From contig CAXXGI010000001.1 in assembly GCA_963674695.2 (NCBI GenBank), positions 192,001 through 256,000 of the forward strand: DNA of 64,000 bases, given 5' to 3'. The notes under the pieces were generated by a model. That model worked only from the letters and a program-made list of their open reading frames with translations. It ran no database searches and was not told where the DNA came from. A program made the translations under genes and the position numbers. Below are positions 7,411-17,858 of the stretch, piece by piece (position 1 is the first letter of the stretch; each line of letters opens with the position of its first letter). The DNA is from a bacterium. Lineage in GTDB: Bacteria > UBA10199 > 2-02-FULL-44-16 > JAAZCA01.

Positions 7411-10400
7411 CTACATCGCCGCGACATGGTTTGCAGCGTCGGCATCCGCAGGCAGACACTGCGCCACGGCGATCGATTCGAACATCGCGCTCTCGCGCTT
7501 CATGAGCTGGGCATACTCCACCTCAACCGCGGCCATCTTTGCTTCGCGCTCGACCTCGATCTGGGCGAGCATCTCGTCGCGCTTGGCGAGGATCTTCGCC
7601 TTCTTATCCTCTTTTCGTGCCGTATAGGTCGAACAGGTCTGCATGGTCGGCATGTCCATCCCATGCATCTTCGCCATGTAGAGACCACGACTTGATGCGG
7701 AGGCACTGCACCCGAGTTCATCCTCGACCATATCCTCATCGAGTTTCTCGAGCTTCATCTTGGCCAGCGCCTCGGCTCCTTCGCGCTTGGCCGCATAGAA
7801 GACGTCGAAGGTCTTGAGCGCTCGGATGGTATTGATGCCGGCCTGCTGAAATTCCTCTTTCGTCACGCTCTCGTCGCCCGCCTCCATGCGTTCGAGAATC
7901 GAGTGATAACCGGTGCGGGCGTCACTCCAAAAACCGTCCACCGCGCTCTCGTTGCGCCAACCGTCATAGGCCACGAGCCCATCGGCGAGATACCCGATCA
8001 CGACGAACTCGGCGGTCATCACGGCGATGGAACCGGCGAGCGTGAGCCCTCCCGTCTCACCGGCAGCGGCGAGTCCGCCGACCTTGACGAGCTTCCCCGC
8101 CTTGAGGCCGCGCTGGACCCACTTGAGCTTGTTCGCCATGTTGAGCGCCCCGTGCACGATGCCCACGCCCGCGGCCACGGTCGTGACGTTCGTCGCGATC
8201 GCCTTGGCATTGAACTCGCCCCTGTGCACCATGTCGGCAGCGGTGAGCGCCAGGACCAGCGGCACGGATCGTTTGATGAGCCGTCCAAATCCCGGCGTCG
8301 GTGCAAGAGCGGGGAAACGCGCCATGAATGGTTCGATCATGCGCTGTCCAACGCTTCCGCCGACGGCCAGCGGGCCGTATTCCTTCACAAACCCAAGCGC
8401 GCTGCGCTCGCTGAGCTTCTCCCAGTCGCCGCGAATGATATCCGCACCGATGCCGGCAGCGGCAAAGGGCAACGCCCCCATGCCGATGGCCTTGCCCTCG
8501 CTCACGAAGGCACGCTTCATCCCCGTCATACTCATCGCGCTCAGGTCGAACGGCGCGACATCGAGCACCATCGTCCCATCGGCCTGCACACGCGGAATAT
8601 AGCGGCGTCCATCGCGCGGGTCCTCGATCACATCGCCCGGCTCGAGCATGCGGCATTCCATGCCTTCGCCAGGCTTTCCGCCGGGAGCTTCCCGAGCTGT
8701 GCCTTTTTTCTCAGTTCGCTCCGGCACAGCATCCTCCGGCATCGACTGCTTGGCATCGCCATTGCGAAAGACGACATCCGGATCGACGGAAATGCCGAAC
8801 TCTTTTGCGGTCGCCTCAGCGACATCCACCTTGGTCACCACGATTTCTTTTGCTCCCTCAGGCGATCGATCGATGGCATACTCGATTGCGCTCAGGAGCG
8901 TCTGCTTGACGGCATCGACGCGTGGCCATCCATCCTGATGATGCCAGTATTCCAAACCGACATGCAGCACCGCCTTGACCGCATCAGGCGCCAACTTTAC
9001 GCCGTAATGAGAAGCATACCAGGGGGCGATACCCTTTCTGAGGATCACATCGATAATGGAGACCTGCATCTGTGACACGTTGATCACCGGAGAACGGCGT
9101 TTGAGATCCTTGATCATCGAGAGCAGGACCTTCATATTTTCCGTCGTCGTCGATGCACTCCATCGGCACCACTTTTCCGTCATGACAGGCTTGAGCATGG
9201 CGCCAAGCGATTCGGCGTCGCCGCCGGAATGGCTCCCCACCTTGATGAAGTCAGCGATCTCAGGAAAATAGATTGCCTCGCCCGCCCTCATCGCATCGAT
9301 GAGGACCTGATAGCGCGCCGTCATCTCACCGACGGTCATCTTTCCGCCCTTGGCCGACTGCAGCTTGTTCGGATCAACCTTTCTGAGAATGAGACCCTTA
9401 AGGCCTTTCGGAACACGTGGGTCATTGAGGGCAATCAGCTGTGCCGCGCGCTCGACAACCTTATCCTTACCCACGCCGGAATCACCGACGAGAACAGGGT
9501 TGGCATATTCCGGTCGGGCCAGGCCCTTGAGATATTCGATCGCCTCGGCATCACGCCCATGGATCTCGTTGAGCGCTCGATCTTCCTTGAGCAAACGGCG
9601 TTGTTCCTCGATCATGTCGACCGTGAAGTCCTTGAGACTGGCTTGTTCACCGATCCCCATCAACTTTTCCTGGTGCTTCATCTGACGATCGCCGAGCATC
9701 TTGAAGATAATTCCCATACCAAGCATACTGCCAGCCGACAGAACCGCCTGGAAGATTCTATTCCAAAACATCTGGTCATCTTGTCTCTCTTCCCTCCTGT
9801 CCGACAACGTCTTGCCATACATCACATCTTCGAAATTATCCTGGAGGTATGCACGGAGCTCTTTTCGGCGCGTGCCACCATCCTTATCCCATATGCCGAA
9901 ACCATTGGACGTATCATCCAATGCGGCGATCATGCGGGTGAGGTGATCCTCGTTTCGACTCAACCAGTAGATGCCACGAGGCTTCTCATCGTTGGGGCAC
10001 ATATTTTCTGCAATACAACAGAACGTCTTGTCCGAGAGCCGCATCTCCTCATTCTTGCCCAGCGCAATCGCCTCCGCCTCACTCATGGCGAAGCCCTCGT
10101 CCATCTCCACCACGCCTTTATGGTTGATGGCATTGAAGACGTTTCGGGCCAGCGCACCCGCACTGCCCAACTCGGACTCGCAGGCGAACCAGAGATAGCC
10201 GCCGCTGACACGGTTCGAACGCGTGAGGATGTGGAGACCGTGCTCCGCAAGGATATTCTCCTTGAGCAGAAACGTCGTCTCGGGATATTCGGCCCCCGGT
10301 GTGGCGGGATTGTTCTGATAGATCAGGTCATGCCATCCCGCAGGGACCTCCGCCTTGGGATCGATGAACTGAAATTGCGGCTCCGGCCCCATCGGGTTGG

Positions 10401-10554
10401 GATTGCCGGGGCTCAGCACCATCCCGCCACCCTTGGCGATGATGCGCTTACACCCATGAAAACCCTCTTTGTTATTTTGAGGGTTATAGACGGAATAATC
10501 CTGGGGTTCACAGACCTTCTGTCCCCGGCCGCACTTGTTGGTGTCGCCTGCCAT
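7411..10554 (-). CDS. Orphan membrane protein with a single degenerate ClpA/B-type AAA+ domain
   Basis: IHGRDAE...NPVLVGDSGVGK...MLKP...STT..RR aligns by eye with Clp NBD1. Hydrophobic segments lie on both sides. RBS GAGGAGA precedes the ATG at 10554. Confidence 0.75.
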   Translation of the reverse strand: MAGDTNKCGRGQKVCEPQDYSVYNPQNNKEGFHGCKRIIAKGGGMVLSPGNPNPMGPEPQFQFIDPKAEVPAGWHDLIYQNNPATPGAEYPETTFLLKENILAEHGLHILTRSNRVSGGYLWFACESELGSAGALARNVFNAINHKGVVEMDEGFAMSEAEAIALGKNEEMRLSDKTFCCIAENMCPNDEKPRGIYWLSRNEDHLTRMIAALDDTSNGFGIWDKDGGTRRKELRAYLQDNFEDVMYGKTLSDRREERQDDQMFWNRIFQAVLSAGSMLGMGIIFKMLGDRQMKHQEKLMGIGEQASLKDFTVDMIEEQRRLLKEDRALNEIHGRDAEAIEYLKGLARPEYANPVLVGDSGVGKDKVVERAAQLIALNDPRVPKGLKGLILRKVDPNKLQSAKGGKMTVGEMTARYQVLIDAMRAGEAIYFPEIADFIKVGSHSGGDAESLGAMLKPVMTEKWCRWSASTTTENMKVLLSMIKDLKRRSPVINVSQMQVSIIDVILRKGIAPWYASHYGVKLAPDAVKAVLHVGLEYWHHQDGWPRVDAVKQTLLSAIEYAIDRSPEGAKEIVVTKVDVAEATAKEFGISVDPDVVFRNGDAKQSMPEDAVPERTEKKGTAREAPGGKPGEGMECRMLEPGDVIEDPRDGRRYIPRVQADGTMVLDVAPFDLSAMSMTGMKRAFVSEGKAIGMGALPFAAAGIGADIIRGDWEKLSERSALGFVKEYGPLAVGGSVGQRMIEPFMARFPALAPTPGFGRLIKRSVPLVLALTAADMVHRGEFNAKAIATNVTTVAAGVGIVHGALNMANKLKWVQRGLKAGKLVKVGGLAAAGETGGLTLAGSIAVMTAEFVVIGYLADGLVAYDGWRNESAVDGFWSDARTGYHSILERMEAGDESVTKEEFQQAGINTIRALKTFDVFYAAKREGAEALAKMKLEKLDEDMVEDELGCSASASSRGLYMAKMHGMDMPTMQTCSTYTARKEDKKAKILAKRDEMLAQIEVEREAKMAAVEVEYAQLMKRESAMFESIAVAQCLPADADAANHVAAM

Positions 10555-10596
10555 AGGCACATCTCCTCGAAATGGACGTATCTCCCCCTCACCCCA

Positions 10597-10623
10597 TTAT
10601 CGGCGGATTTTCGGAGAAGTTGC
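10597..10623 (-). promoter_or_regulatory. Sigma28-like promoter motif
   Basis: GCAAC-N14-GCCGATAA. Confidence 0.7.
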
Positions 10624-10706
10624 GCGTTCTTTTAGATTGTCGAAGTGGTGGGAATTAGTTGATTTATTCAACATTCCAGTGCCGCACGTGTCATTTTTGC
10701 GTGTTA

Positions 10707-10854
10707 GGGCATGTCCTCATTTCACAAGGTGTCATTCCCGCGAAAGCGGGAATCTCGCTTATGAACAGTCAATCGAGATCCCCGCTTTCGCGGGGATGAC
10801 AAAAACCAAGATCCATTTTGTTTCAGGGGGTTATGGTCAAATGAGGACACGCCC
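10707..10854. mobile_element. 148-bp MITE family 1 (16-bp TIR, TA flanks) carrying a REP doublet
   Basis: TA|gggcatgtcctcattt...aaatgaggacacgccc|TA. A near-identical inverted copy lies at 40631-40778. Confidence 0.85.
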
Positions 10855-10979
10855 TAGAGGCGAGGCGGGCGAGAATGCGAGGATGACAACTTCCAGGAGA
10901 TCCCTCCACTTCGCCCGATACCGGACTCCGGTCGGGATAACAAGCCCTCCAAGCAGGTGCGCCCTGCCGAGCGCACGAC

Positions 10980-11020
10980 AAAAAAGCGCCCCTGCCAAAA
11001 CAGGGGCGCTTGCTCTTTTT
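10980..11020 (-). terminator. Intrinsic terminator after ndk
   Basis: aaaaaagcgcccctg-ccaaaa-caggggcgctt. Confidence 0.75.
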
Positions 11021-11056
11021 ACCGTTCACCGCTTACGGTTCACCGTTCACGGTCGC

Positions 11057-11491
11057 TCACATCCACTCATAGCTCACGATCTCGTTCGGCTCGAAGAAGT
11101 AGGAGATCTCGAAAGCGGCCGTATCCTTGGCATCTGAGCCATGCACGGCGTTGCGCTCGATGTTGGTGCCGAAATCGCAGCGAATCGTGCCCTCGGCGGC
11201 CTCTTCCGGATTGGTGACCCCGGTCGTCTCGCGCCACTTAGCAATGGCATTCTCGCCCTGCAACACCATGACCACGCACGGCCCTGAGGTCATGAATTTC
11301 ACGAGGCTGCCGAAGAAGGGCTTGTCCTCGTGCACATTATAGAAGCCCTTGGCGCGTGTTTCGTCCAGGTGCAGCATCTTCATGCCGACGATTTGAAGGT
11401 TGGCATCCTCGATGCGCTTGTTGATCTCGCCGATGATACCCTTCTCGAGCGAGTCGGGTTTGATGATCGCCAATGTCCGTTCCACTGCCAT
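11057..11491 (-). CDS. ndk: Nucleoside diphosphate kinase
   Basis: [23 protein letters not shown] and NAVHGSD. Confidence 0.98.
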   Translation of the reverse strand: MAVERTLAIIKPDSLEKGIIGEINKRIEDANLQIVGMKMLHLDETRAKGFYNVHEDKPFFGSLVKFMTSGPCVVMVLQGENAIAKWRETTGVTNPEEAAEGTIRCDFGTNIERNAVHGSDAKDTAAFEISYFFEPNEIVSYEWM

Positions 11492-11603
11492 GATAGTCTC
11501 CTTTTTTTCGCCCTACCCATTTTGAGCGGCCGAAGCTAGCCCACAACCCTCGATCTTGTAAACGGAATAATGCCTGAAAAACACCTCCAGGAGGAACAAT
11601 CCC

Positions 11604-12482
11604 TCAGGGCGTCCCATCCTTGGACGATTCAGCCTCCTTGGGCTCGAGCGGCGAATCCCCCCCCACACGGGGCAACTCTGCCAGGGGCTTTGTACCGCGC
11701 GCATCGATGCTCTTGAGCCTGGTCTCGATCACCTTCGGATTCGGATAATCGGGCCGGGCTCGCTGGGTCAACGCCTGCGCCGCGCCGAGCATGCCCATCT
11801 CCTCCAGGCAGGTGGCCAGGTGCAGGCGCGCCTCCCCGGCCAGATCCGAAGAGGGGAACTCGCGCAGCAGCGTCTGATAGACCGGCATCGCCTCCTGCGC
11901 GCGCCCCTCCAGGAAGAGGCTCTCGGCATAGACGAACAGGGCCTGCTCGCGCACCCCCTTGGGCGTATCGGAACCCTCCAAAAGGGAGCGCACCTCGGTG
12001 CGCGCCTGGCGCGTCTGCTGCTGCGATACATAGGCGCCCGCGAGCAGTACGCGATAGCGATAGCGGTCGGCGTGATCGGGAAAATAGCGTAACAGCGCAG
12101 AATAATCGGCGATAGCCGCATCGAAATCGCCAAAACGCTCCAGGGTCTGTGCACGGCGTTCGCGGGCGAGCATCGACGCCTCGGAGAGCGGATACTGATC
12201 GATGACCGCGCCATAGGCCTCAGCCGCCGTTCGGGGATCGGCCTTCATCACCCCATGGAGATCGCCGATACGGAGCAACACCCCCGGACGGCGTTCATCC
12301 TTCGGAAAGAGGCGCTCCACCTGGCGATAGACGCGCACCGACCCTTCGACATCGCCCAGACCCAACTTCGCCTCGGCGCGACGCACGCCTTCATCGAAGG
12401 TCTTGGGGCGAAAGCAAGCGGAGGTGGAGAGGATGATGAGGAGGAGAAGAATAGATACGAGACGTGAAAGAGAAGATGGCAT
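11604..12482 (-). CDS. TPR-repeat lipoprotein (BamD/CpoB-like repeats)
   Basis: Lipobox-like TSAC after a hydrophobic signal. Repeated helices end in YP/FP. Confidence 0.7.
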   Translation of the reverse strand: MPSSLSRLVSILLLLIILSTSACFRPKTFDEGVRRAEAKLGLGDVEGSVRVYRQVERLFPKDERRPGVLLRIGDLHGVMKADPRTAAEAYGAVIDQYPLSEASMLARERRAQTLERFGDFDAAIADYSALLRYFPDHADRYRYRVLLAGAYVSQQQTRQARTEVRSLLEGSDTPKGVREQALFVYAESLFLEGRAQEAMPVYQTLLREFPSSDLAGEARLHLATCLEEMGMLGAAQALTQRARPDYPNPKVIETRLKSIDARGTKPLAELPRVGGDSPLEPKEAESSKDGTP

Positions 12483-12493
12483 ATTCTTAAGCT

Positions 12494-12579
12494 GGTCACC
12501 CCCGAGTGGTGTTGTCGGGGGTCCAGTCCATGTTGAACAAACAAGACTGGATCCCCGATTCAGACTCTCGGGGATGACA
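12494..12579. repeat. Divergent REP-like doublet
   Basis: gtcacccccgag...gggggtccag...ctggatcccc...ctcggggatgaca. Confidence 0.7.
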
Positions 12580-12633
12580 GTCCAAAAACCAGGTTATCCG
12601 ATGTGCTCACTATGATAGTATAACGGATTCAAT

Positions 12634-12703
12634 CGCCCTTCGCCCTTCGCCCTTCGCCCTTCGCCCTTCGCCCTTCGCCCTTCGCCCTTCGCCCTTCGCC
12701 CTT
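12634..12703. repeat. Perfect heptamer microsatellite (CGCCCTT)x10
   Basis: Ten exact copies abut the gyrA stop codon. Confidence 0.97.
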
Positions 12704-15144
12704 CACTCCTCACCATCGTCTTCGACCACCTTTGCCACGGTGACGAGTTTTTCGTCTTTGCCCAGCGTGATCAGGCGCACGCCCTGCGTGTTGCGACCGA
12801 TCTTGGAGATCTCTTTCGCGCTCGAACGAATGATCTTGCCGCCATCGGTGACGATCATGATGTCGTCGGCGTCGGTCACCTGCAGCACGGCACAGACCGG
12901 CCCGTTGCGTTCAGCGACCTTGAGCGTGATGATGCCGGAGCCACCGCGCGACTGCACCCGATATTCGTCGAGTTCGCTGCGCTTGCCGTATCCGCGCTCG
13001 GTCACGGTGAGAATCGAGGCATCGGTCTCGAGCACCTCCATGCCGACGACCTCGTCCCCCTTGCGCAACGAAATACCGCGCACGCCACGCGCGGTGCGGC
13101 CCATGGCGCGAACATTCTTCTCATCGAAACGAATGGCCTGACCTTTCTTGGTGGTCAGAAAAATATGATGACCGCCGCTGGTCAGGCTCACGGAGATGAG
13201 GGCGTCGTCATCGTCGATGGTCGTGGCGATGATGCCGCCTGAACGCGGGTTGGCATAGGACATCAGATCGGTCTTTTTCACCACACCGTTGCGCGTGGCC
13301 ATGATGATGAACTGCCCCTCCTCGAACGCCTTCACCGACAGGATCGCTGCGATGCGATCGGTGCTGGGCATGTGGATGAGGTTGGTGATGGCCTGTCCGC
13401 GCGCAGCACGCCCCACCTGCGGAATCTCGTGAACCTTCAGCCAATAGACCCGGCCCGATGCCGTGAAGACCATCACATAGCTATGCGTCGAAGCGATAAA
13501 GAGATCGGAGACAAAGTCCTCCGAGCGCGTCGACATGCCGGTCTTGCCGCGGCCGCCGCGGCGCTGCGCGCGATAGACGCTGATCGGATTGCGCTTGATA
13601 TAGCCGCTGTGGGAGACGGTGACGACCATCTCCTCCTCCTGGATGAGATCTTCGACCGAGAGATCGTCGACCTTGCCCTGAATCTCGGTGCGCCGCGCAT
13701 CGGCGAACTTTGTGCGCACCTCGGAGAGCTCTTCGCGGATGAGTTTATAGACGAGTTTTTCATCGGCCAAAATCGCTTTCAGTTCGGCGATGAGTCCCTG
13801 AATGGCCTTGTATTCGGCGATGATCTTTTCGCGCTCAAGGCCGGTGAGGCGCTGCAAGCGCATTTCGAGAACGGCCTGCGCCTGAATCTCGGTGAACGTG
13901 AAGCGCTTGATGAGGGCGACCCGTGCAATCGATGGTTCCTTCGATTTCTTGATGAGCGCGATGACCTCGTCGATATTTTCGACGGCAATTTTGAGGCCCT
14001 CCAAGATGTGCGCACGCGCCTCCGCCTTTTTCAGCTCGAACGTGGTGCGCCGCACGACCACATCTTTGCGATGATCGAGGAAGAGCCGTAGCATCTCGAT
14101 GAGTCCCATGACCTTCGGCTGGCCGCCCACGATTGCCAAAAAGATAATACCAAACCCTGTCTTCATGGCCGTATGGGCATAGAGCTGGTTGAGCACCACG
14201 CCCGCCACGACGCCGCGTTTGAGTTCTATGACGATGCGCATGCCATCGCGATCGGATTCGTCGCGCAGATCGGAGATGCCCTCGAGTTTACCCTGTTTGA
14301 TGAGATCGGCGATGCGCTCGATGAGGCGCGACTTGTTGACCTGATAGGGAATCTCGGTGACCACGATACACTCGCGATCACCACGCGCCATGGGCTCGAT
14401 GGCCGCACGCGCTCGAATGGAAAGCTGGCCGCGCCCGGTCTCGTACGCCTTGGCGATCCCCTCGCGCCCACAGATGAACGCGCTGGTCGGAAAGTCCGGG
14501 CCGGGGATGATCCGCATGAGCTCCTTGAGCGTAATTTCAGGCTTGTCGATCATGGCGATACAACCGTCGACCACCTCACCCAGATTGTGCGGCGGAATTT
14601 TGGTGGCCATGCCCACGGCGATGCCATCGGAGCCGTTCACCAGCAAGCCCGGAACGCGGGTGGGCAGCACGGTGGGCTCCACCGTGGTGTCGTCGAAGTT
14701 CGGGATGAAGGCGACCGTCTCTTTATCGATGTCGGCCAAATATTCTTCGGCGATGGCCTTCAAACGCGCTTCGGTATAGCGGTAAGCGGCTGCTGGGTCG
14801 CCATCGATCGAACCGAAGTTTCCTTGCCCATCGATGAGCGGATAGCGAAGAGACCAACTCTGCGCCATGCGCACGAGGGTATCGTAGACCGAGGCATCGC
14901 CATGCGGATGGTATTTCTTGAGCACTTCACCCACGACACCGGCGCACTTGGAGAAGCGCTTGTTCGAAAGCAATCCTTCGCGATACATCGCATAGAGAAC
15001 GCGACGATGCGCAGGCTTGAGGCCATCGCGCACGTCAGGGATCGCGCGCCCGATGATCACGCTCATGGCGTAATCGAGATACGATCCCTTCATCTCGTCT
15101 TCGATATTGATCGGCAGAACTTCAGCGGCGTTTTTCATCGACAT
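12703..15144 (-). CDS. gyrA: DNA gyrase subunit A
   Basis: YHPHGD, catalytic YRYTE, GyrA-box QRRGGRG and C-terminal pinwheel repeats. Confidence 0.97.
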   Translation of the reverse strand: MSMKNAAEVLPINIEDEMKGSYLDYAMSVIIGRAIPDVRDGLKPAHRRVLYAMYREGLLSNKRFSKCAGVVGEVLKKYHPHGDASVYDTLVRMAQSWSLRYPLIDGQGNFGSIDGDPAAAYRYTEARLKAIAEEYLADIDKETVAFIPNFDDTTVEPTVLPTRVPGLLVNGSDGIAVGMATKIPPHNLGEVVDGCIAMIDKPEITLKELMRIIPGPDFPTSAFICGREGIAKAYETGRGQLSIRARAAIEPMARGDRECIVVTEIPYQVNKSRLIERIADLIKQGKLEGISDLRDESDRDGMRIVIELKRGVVAGVVLNQLYAHTAMKTGFGIIFLAIVGGQPKVMGLIEMLRLFLDHRKDVVVRRTTFELKKAEARAHILEGLKIAVENIDEVIALIKKSKEPSIARVALIKRFTFTEIQAQAVLEMRLQRLTGLEREKIIAEYKAIQGLIAELKAILADEKLVYKLIREELSEVRTKFADARRTEIQGKVDDLSVEDLIQEEEMVVTVSHSGYIKRNPISVYRAQRRGGRGKTGMSTRSEDFVSDLFIASTHSYVMVFTASGRVYWLKVHEIPQVGRAARGQAITNLIHMPSTDRIAAILSVKAFEEGQFIIMATRNGVVKKTDLMSYANPRSGGIIATTIDDDDALISVSLTSGGHHIFLTTKKGQAIRFDEKNVRAMGRTARGVRGISLRKGDEVVGMEVLETDASILTVTERGYGKRSELDEYRVQSRGGSGIITLKVAERNGPVCAVLQVTDADDIMIVTDGGKIIRSSAKEISKIGRNTQGVRLITLGKDEKLVTVAKVVEDDGEE

Positions 15145-15367
15145 CCTCTCTTACGTATTCGGGAAATGGCGGGCGATTGTGCCATTTGCCCGTAAAAAGT
15201 CAACGGGAAGTTCACTCAAAAACAAGAGGGGAATGCCCGGGAAACGCCTGATAATAGGAGATCTGCGGCGACGCCCCCATTCGCCCTGCCCGCGCTGTAT
15301 TCATGAAGATATCCACAGGGGACTCCCCGCAAGCCCTGTACAGATCGCCCTTTCTCGCTTTTTTTAT

Positions 15368-15396
15368 TTGACAGGTCGAGGTCGGATGCGTACTCT
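15368..15396 (+). promoter_or_regulatory. Sigma70-type promoter for HU
   Basis: TTGACA-N17-TACTCT. Confidence 0.6.
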
Positions 15397-15485
15397 TGCG
15401 TTCAACGGACGGCTGCAAATGCACGTCCATCCAGGGCTGGCAGCGCACCACCGTCTGAATCCATGACCAGAAAGGGGGTGACATC

Positions 15486-15758
15486 ATGACCAAGGCCGAA
15501 CTCATCAATTACATCGCGAAGGACTGCAAGATCTCGAAGGCGCTGGCAGAGAACGTGCTGAACTCGGTGACGCACAATGTCTCGAAGTGCTTGCGCAAGA
15601 AAGACAAGATCACGCTGACCGGTTTCGGGACGTTCTACGTCACGAAGCGTCGCGCGCGTACGGGCCGTAACCCGCAGACGGGTGCGGAGATCAACATCAA
15701 GGCTCGCAGCGTTCCGCGTTTTAAGCCGGGCAAGCAGTTGAAGGACTGGGTTTCGTAA
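15486..15758 (+). CDS. hup: HU-family DNA-binding protein
   Basis: MTKAELI...GFGTF...RTGRNPQTG...PRFKPGKQLK. Confidence 0.93.
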   Translation: MTKAELINYIAKDCKISKALAENVLNSVTHNVSKCLRKKDKITLTGFGTFYVTKRRARTGRNPQTGAEINIKARSVPRFKPGKQLKDWVS

Positions 15759-15780
15759 AGACATCGTTCTCGAAGAGTTT

Positions 15781-15815
15781 AAAAAAGGCACTCCCTACTC
15801 GGAGTGCCTTTTTTT
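15781..15815. terminator. Bidirectional intrinsic terminator
   Basis: aaaaaaggcactcc-ctactc-ggagtgccttttttt. Confidence 0.88.
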
Positions 15816-15827
15816 ATATGTGTGAGC

Positions 15828-15917
15828 TGTCATCCTGAGCGAGGCCGGAACGGACGAGTCGAAGGATCCCATGAGATCCCTCCACGCACTCGCATTGCTC
15901 GCTTGGTCGGGATGACA
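15828..15917. repeat. REP-like doublet, second subfamily (tgtcatcctgagc type)
   Basis: tgtcatcctgagcga...gaaggatccc...gagatccctc...gggatgaca. Confidence 0.75.
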
Positions 15918-15920
15918 GAA

Positions 15921-16586
15921 TCACCTCGTCACGTGAATATTCTCGATCATCCAATCGACATCGCGCTGGTCGCGTGACTGCACATCGGCGACGATGCGTA
16001 TGACCACGCCGAGTTCCTCGTCGGTGAAGTAGTAGAGTTTCTTCGTGCCATCCGAGCCGGCATACCCCTTGAGCGCCAGCGTCTCGAATGACTCGAACCC
16101 GCCGCGCGGATACTCCTCGCGCGCCAGGGCCCAGAGATCGATCATGTTCAACCGCTGATGCTGAAGGTCGATCTCGACAGTGGACTGATTCGATCCGGAA
16201 CTCGTGAACGTGAACGCGCTGCGCTCATCCGAGCGCGCATCCGTGGCCATCGTCCAGTCCTTCGGATAACCGACGGTATACCCAAACCCTTCGATCTCAT
16301 ACCAGTTGTGCTCGGCATCCCCGGTCGTGGTGCCCGAGTCATCGTCGTCATCGGGAGGCGCGCCGGCCATATCGCTCCCATCCTCATCCCCCGCCTGCGG
16401 TGATTGGGGATCGCCCGCGGGAATGTCGCCCACTCCGCCCTGGTCGTCCGGTTCATCCTGGACCACGCCCGGCTTCTCGCACTCGCCGCCCGGACACCCG
16501 GTCTCGGTCACCCCGCTCTTACAGGGGCCGAAGGCGAGCAGACCGATAAGGAGAAAGGGAAGCAACAGAAGTGTCAGTCGATTCAT
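15921..16586 (-). CDS. Hypothetical exported protein with acidic linker and possible PsbP-like C-domain
   Basis: Hydrophobic N-terminus, D/G/P-rich linker, and GYTVGYPKDW motif. Confidence 0.6.
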   Translation of the reverse strand: MNRLTLLLLPFLLIGLLAFGPCKSGVTETGCPGGECEKPGVVQDEPDDQGGVGDIPAGDPQSPQAGDEDGSDMAGAPPDDDDDSGTTTGDAEHNWYEIEGFGYTVGYPKDWTMATDARSDERSAFTFTSSGSNQSTVEIDLQHQRLNMIDLWALAREEYPRGGFESFETLALKGYAGSDGTKKLYYFTDEELGVVIRIVADVQSRDQRDVDWMIENIHVTR

Positions 16587-16683
16587 AGATACCCTCCACA
16601 TTGATGAGTATAGCAGAAAAAAGCCCGTTCATCCTTATGTTGTTCCCGCGTGCCACGCCTGTCAATCCCGTTCACCCTCGCAT

Positions 16684-16754
16684 TGTCATTCCCGCGAAGG
16701 CGGGAATCTCGATTATCAGCGCACATCGAGATCCCCGCTTCCGCGGGGATGACA
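16684..16754. repeat. REP-like doublet
   Basis: tgtcattcccgcgaaggcgggaatctc...gagatccccgcttccgcggggatgaca. Confidence 0.9.
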
Positions 16755-16777
16755 AACAACGAATTAATTCCATGCAC

Positions 16778-17614
16778 TCACTCCCCACCCTGAACCGAAA
16801 CACGACTCAAGTTAAAGAGCTGCATGTTGAACTGATAGACCGCGTCGGCCGCATTCTCCTCGGCCAGAAAGCCGGAGAGCGTCGAGCGAAATTCGCGGAT
16901 CATCGTGCGCGCGGCATCGAGTTTCTCGCGCGAGACGGCGAAGGTGACCGAACCGACCTCACGCTGCGCATAGGGCAGATCTTCGATCGTCGCGGCGGCG
17001 CGCTCGATCATCTCGCGCTGATAGTTGCTCATGGCCAGCGACATCACCGCATCGCCGCTGGAGATATGCCGTGTGCGCTGCACGAGTTTGCCCTTCGCAT
17101 CGCGATCGATGAGCCCCAGCTCCAGCAATAGGTCGATCGCCTCACGCGCCTCGCGCGGCGTGATGTTCGGAACGATGTGCCGTGCGATCCATTCCGGATC
17201 CTCCTGAAAATCGGCGAGCAAAATCATCTCGCGGATAACCGGCACATACCAGCGCGAGTAGTATTCGAACTGCCCGTGTTCCAGGCGATGGACCTCGGCG
17301 TATTTTCGATTCGCCGCGATGCGCTCGTAGTAGATGTTGCGTTCGGCGTCGGTCTTGGCCTGATCGAAGAGGACGAGGTTTTCGAAGAAGAGCGACTCGT
17401 CCCGCTTGAGCTTGAGCGCGCGCGCCACCTTCTGCACGCCCGCGATCGAGAGGTTGCGTTTGCCCTGCATGACCAGGTGCACGAAGTTCGACGAGGCAAA
17501 CCCGGCCTGCCGCGCGAACGCGCGATGCGAAAACCCACGCCGTTCACGCTTGAGCTCCACAAACGCGTCGCGCAAAAACTGCCGATAATCCCGATAGGCA
17601 AAGACGTTCACCAT
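16778..17614 (-). CDS. TIGR02147-family protein (HTH + DUF4423-like)
   Basis: VFAYRDYRQFL, FSHRAFARQAGF, GKRNLS, WYVPVIRE and VYQFNMQLF. RBS GGAGG. Confidence 0.85.
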   Translation of the reverse strand: MVNVFAYRDYRQFLRDAFVELKRERRGFSHRAFARQAGFASSNFVHLVMQGKRNLSIAGVQKVARALKLKRDESLFFENLVLFDQAKTDAERNIYYERIAANRKYAEVHRLEHGQFEYYSRWYVPVIREMILLADFQEDPEWIARHIVPNITPREAREAIDLLLELGLIDRDAKGKLVQRTRHISSGDAVMSLAMSNYQREMIERAAATIEDLPYAQREVGSVTFAVSREKLDAARTMIREFRSTLSGFLAEENAADAVYQFNMQLFNLSRVSVQGGE

Positions 17615-17858
17615 TGCCGCCTCCACTTCTATTATCGTCTGGTCGCACCCAGAAGTTGACCAATACTTTCTTTTTCTGTGTTCTGTTCGTATTCGCGTCA
17701 ATCATCACGAGTATAGCACCTCATTGCCATCATTGGCACCACAATATTGCTCGTATCGTTATTTCTACTTTATTATCGAATAGTTATACGGAATCCCCCG
17801 CAAGACGGAGCACATCCATTCCGTGTTCTTCAAAGAACACACTTCTTCCATTTACTAC

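Noticed and set aside
7411-10554. Canonical clpA/clpB/clpV
   Set aside because: It has a single degenerate NBD, no NBD2 or Clp N-domain, and membrane segments.
12703-15144. parC, or an intein-containing gyrA
   Set aside because: The GyrA-box is present and the length (813 aa) is normal.
15300-15325. oriC / DnaA box near gyrA
   Set aside because: There is only one imperfect box (atatccaca), with no box cluster and no dnaA.
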